From NCBI GenBank assembly GCA_016794035.1, contig JAEUHS010000044.1, forward strand, positions 24,169 to 88,168: a stretch of 64,000 bases of DNA, in the 5' to 3' direction. This DNA comes from Planctomycetota bacterium (GTDB taxonomy: Bacteria; Planctomycetota; UBA1135; UBA2386). Below the pieces are notes generated by a model. The model saw only the letters and a program-made list of their open reading frames with translations. It had not been told where the DNA came from and made no database searches. The position numbers were made by a program, and so were the translations under genes. This document shows, piece after piece, positions 63,341-64,000 of this stretch (position 1 is the stretch's first letter; every line of letters begins with the position of its first letter).

Positions 63341-64000
63341 CAGCGCACCTCCAGCTCGGCGTGCAGGAAGCCGCCCTGGTCGAGCGCCTGGAACACCAGC
63401 ACCAGCTGCGCCGGCGTCATGCCGAGCTGCCTGAGGTTCTGCAGCAATTCGGCGACCGTCGCGCCGCCACCGACCTTCTGCAGGTCGGTGCTGGTGGTCG
63501 ACACCTCGACGCGGCTGCGGCCGACGCGCTCGGTGGTGCCCTGGCCGAACGGGTTGGGCTGTACGATCTCGTCCTCGTTGACGACCGCGATCGTCAGCTC
63601 GCCGAGGCCGACGACGCACGGGCTGATCAGCACGCCTTCGCCGGCCAGCACGGTGCCGCTGGTCTGGTCGATCAGCACGCGCGCCGGGTTCTCGATCGCG
63701 ACGCGCACGTTGCCGACCAGGTTCAGGATGCGCAGCGCGTTCTCGTTGGTGCGGTCGGCGTCCGGCAGTTCGATGCGCACGAGGCTCGGATCGACCGGGC
63801 TGACGATCGCCGCGGAGCCGTCGAGCGCGGTGCGCACGCCGGCGGCGATCGACGCGGCGTTGTAGGGGCTGGGGTTCAGCACCTGCAGTTCGAGCGCGCC
63901 CGACTCGCTGAAGAACGACGTCTGCTCCTCGCGCACGACCAGGCCGTTGTTGTGCAGCCAGGCGGTCGCGCTCGGGTTCTTGCTCGCCGACGCGTTGCTG
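63340..64000 (-). CDS. flgI: Flagellar P-ring protein (3' part; the 5' end lies beyond the window)
   Basis: C-terminus GGATVAELLQNLRQLGMTPAQLVLVFQALDQGGFLHAELEV. The frame stays open to position 64000. Confidence 0.88.
   Translation of the reverse strand, partial: SNASASKNPSATAWLHNNGLVVREEQTSFFSESGALELQVLNPSPYNAASIAAGVRTALDGSAAIVSPVDPSLVRIELPDADRTNENALRILNLVGNVRVAIENPARVLIDQTSGTVLAGEGVLISPCVVGLGELTIAVVNEDEIVQPNPFGQGTTERVGRSRVEVSTTSTDLQKVGGGATVAELLQNLRQLGMTPAQLVLVFQALDQGGFLHAELEVR

Noticed and set aside
1-64000. CRISPR arrays, rRNA and tRNA genes
   Set aside because: I saw no regularly spaced 25-40-nt direct repeats. No intergenic gap contains a T-loop GGTTCGAATCC-like box or a cloverleaf-sized structure. 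The apparent short repeats are codon-level GC periodicity.

Overview
This is a 64-kb window from a very GC-rich (roughly 70% by eye), flagellated Gram-negative bacterium. I cannot place it taxonomically, because I found no rRNA, tRNA, CRISPR array, integrase or transposase. I call about 65 protein genes. They are densely packed, and many are joined by ATGA/GTGA start-stop overlaps. Recognisable housekeeping genes are prfB (with its +1 frameshift), purH, yggS, nth, cca, pepP, ychF, etfBA and a flgI-flgJ-flgN-flgK-flgL block. Five things deserve a second look. (1) At 47.1-50.2 kb, a DUF692/MNIO-type enzyme and a short partner ORF follow two tandem Tat-signal paralogues. Both paralogues end in the same GCG-x18-CGMG-x-VP-x2-C module, so this may be a new class of MNIO-modified exported proteins. 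(2) At 45331-45570 there is a SelW/Rdx-like selenoprotein gene that the ORF track misses. It has an in-frame TGA inside a CxxU motif and a SECIS-like hairpin just downstream. (3) At 32.9-42.5 kb, a divergent 10-gene cluster pairs a non-canonical PTPS/QueD-like operon with a translationally coupled lipid head-group-type operon. (4) At 42.5-45.0 kb, a stand-alone DndB-like DGQHR protein sits back to back with a B12/radical-SAM enzyme. (5) At 50.2-54.4 kb, a lower-GC block lies downstream of ychF. It holds a 314-bp direct repeat of the ychF 3' end, a G12 tract next to a TTGACA box, an ECF-like sigma factor and secreted proteins. All coordinates were derived by hand. All functional calls rest on motif recognition by eye, with no database search. 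Many long ORFs in the track are GC-driven shadow frames and were rejected.
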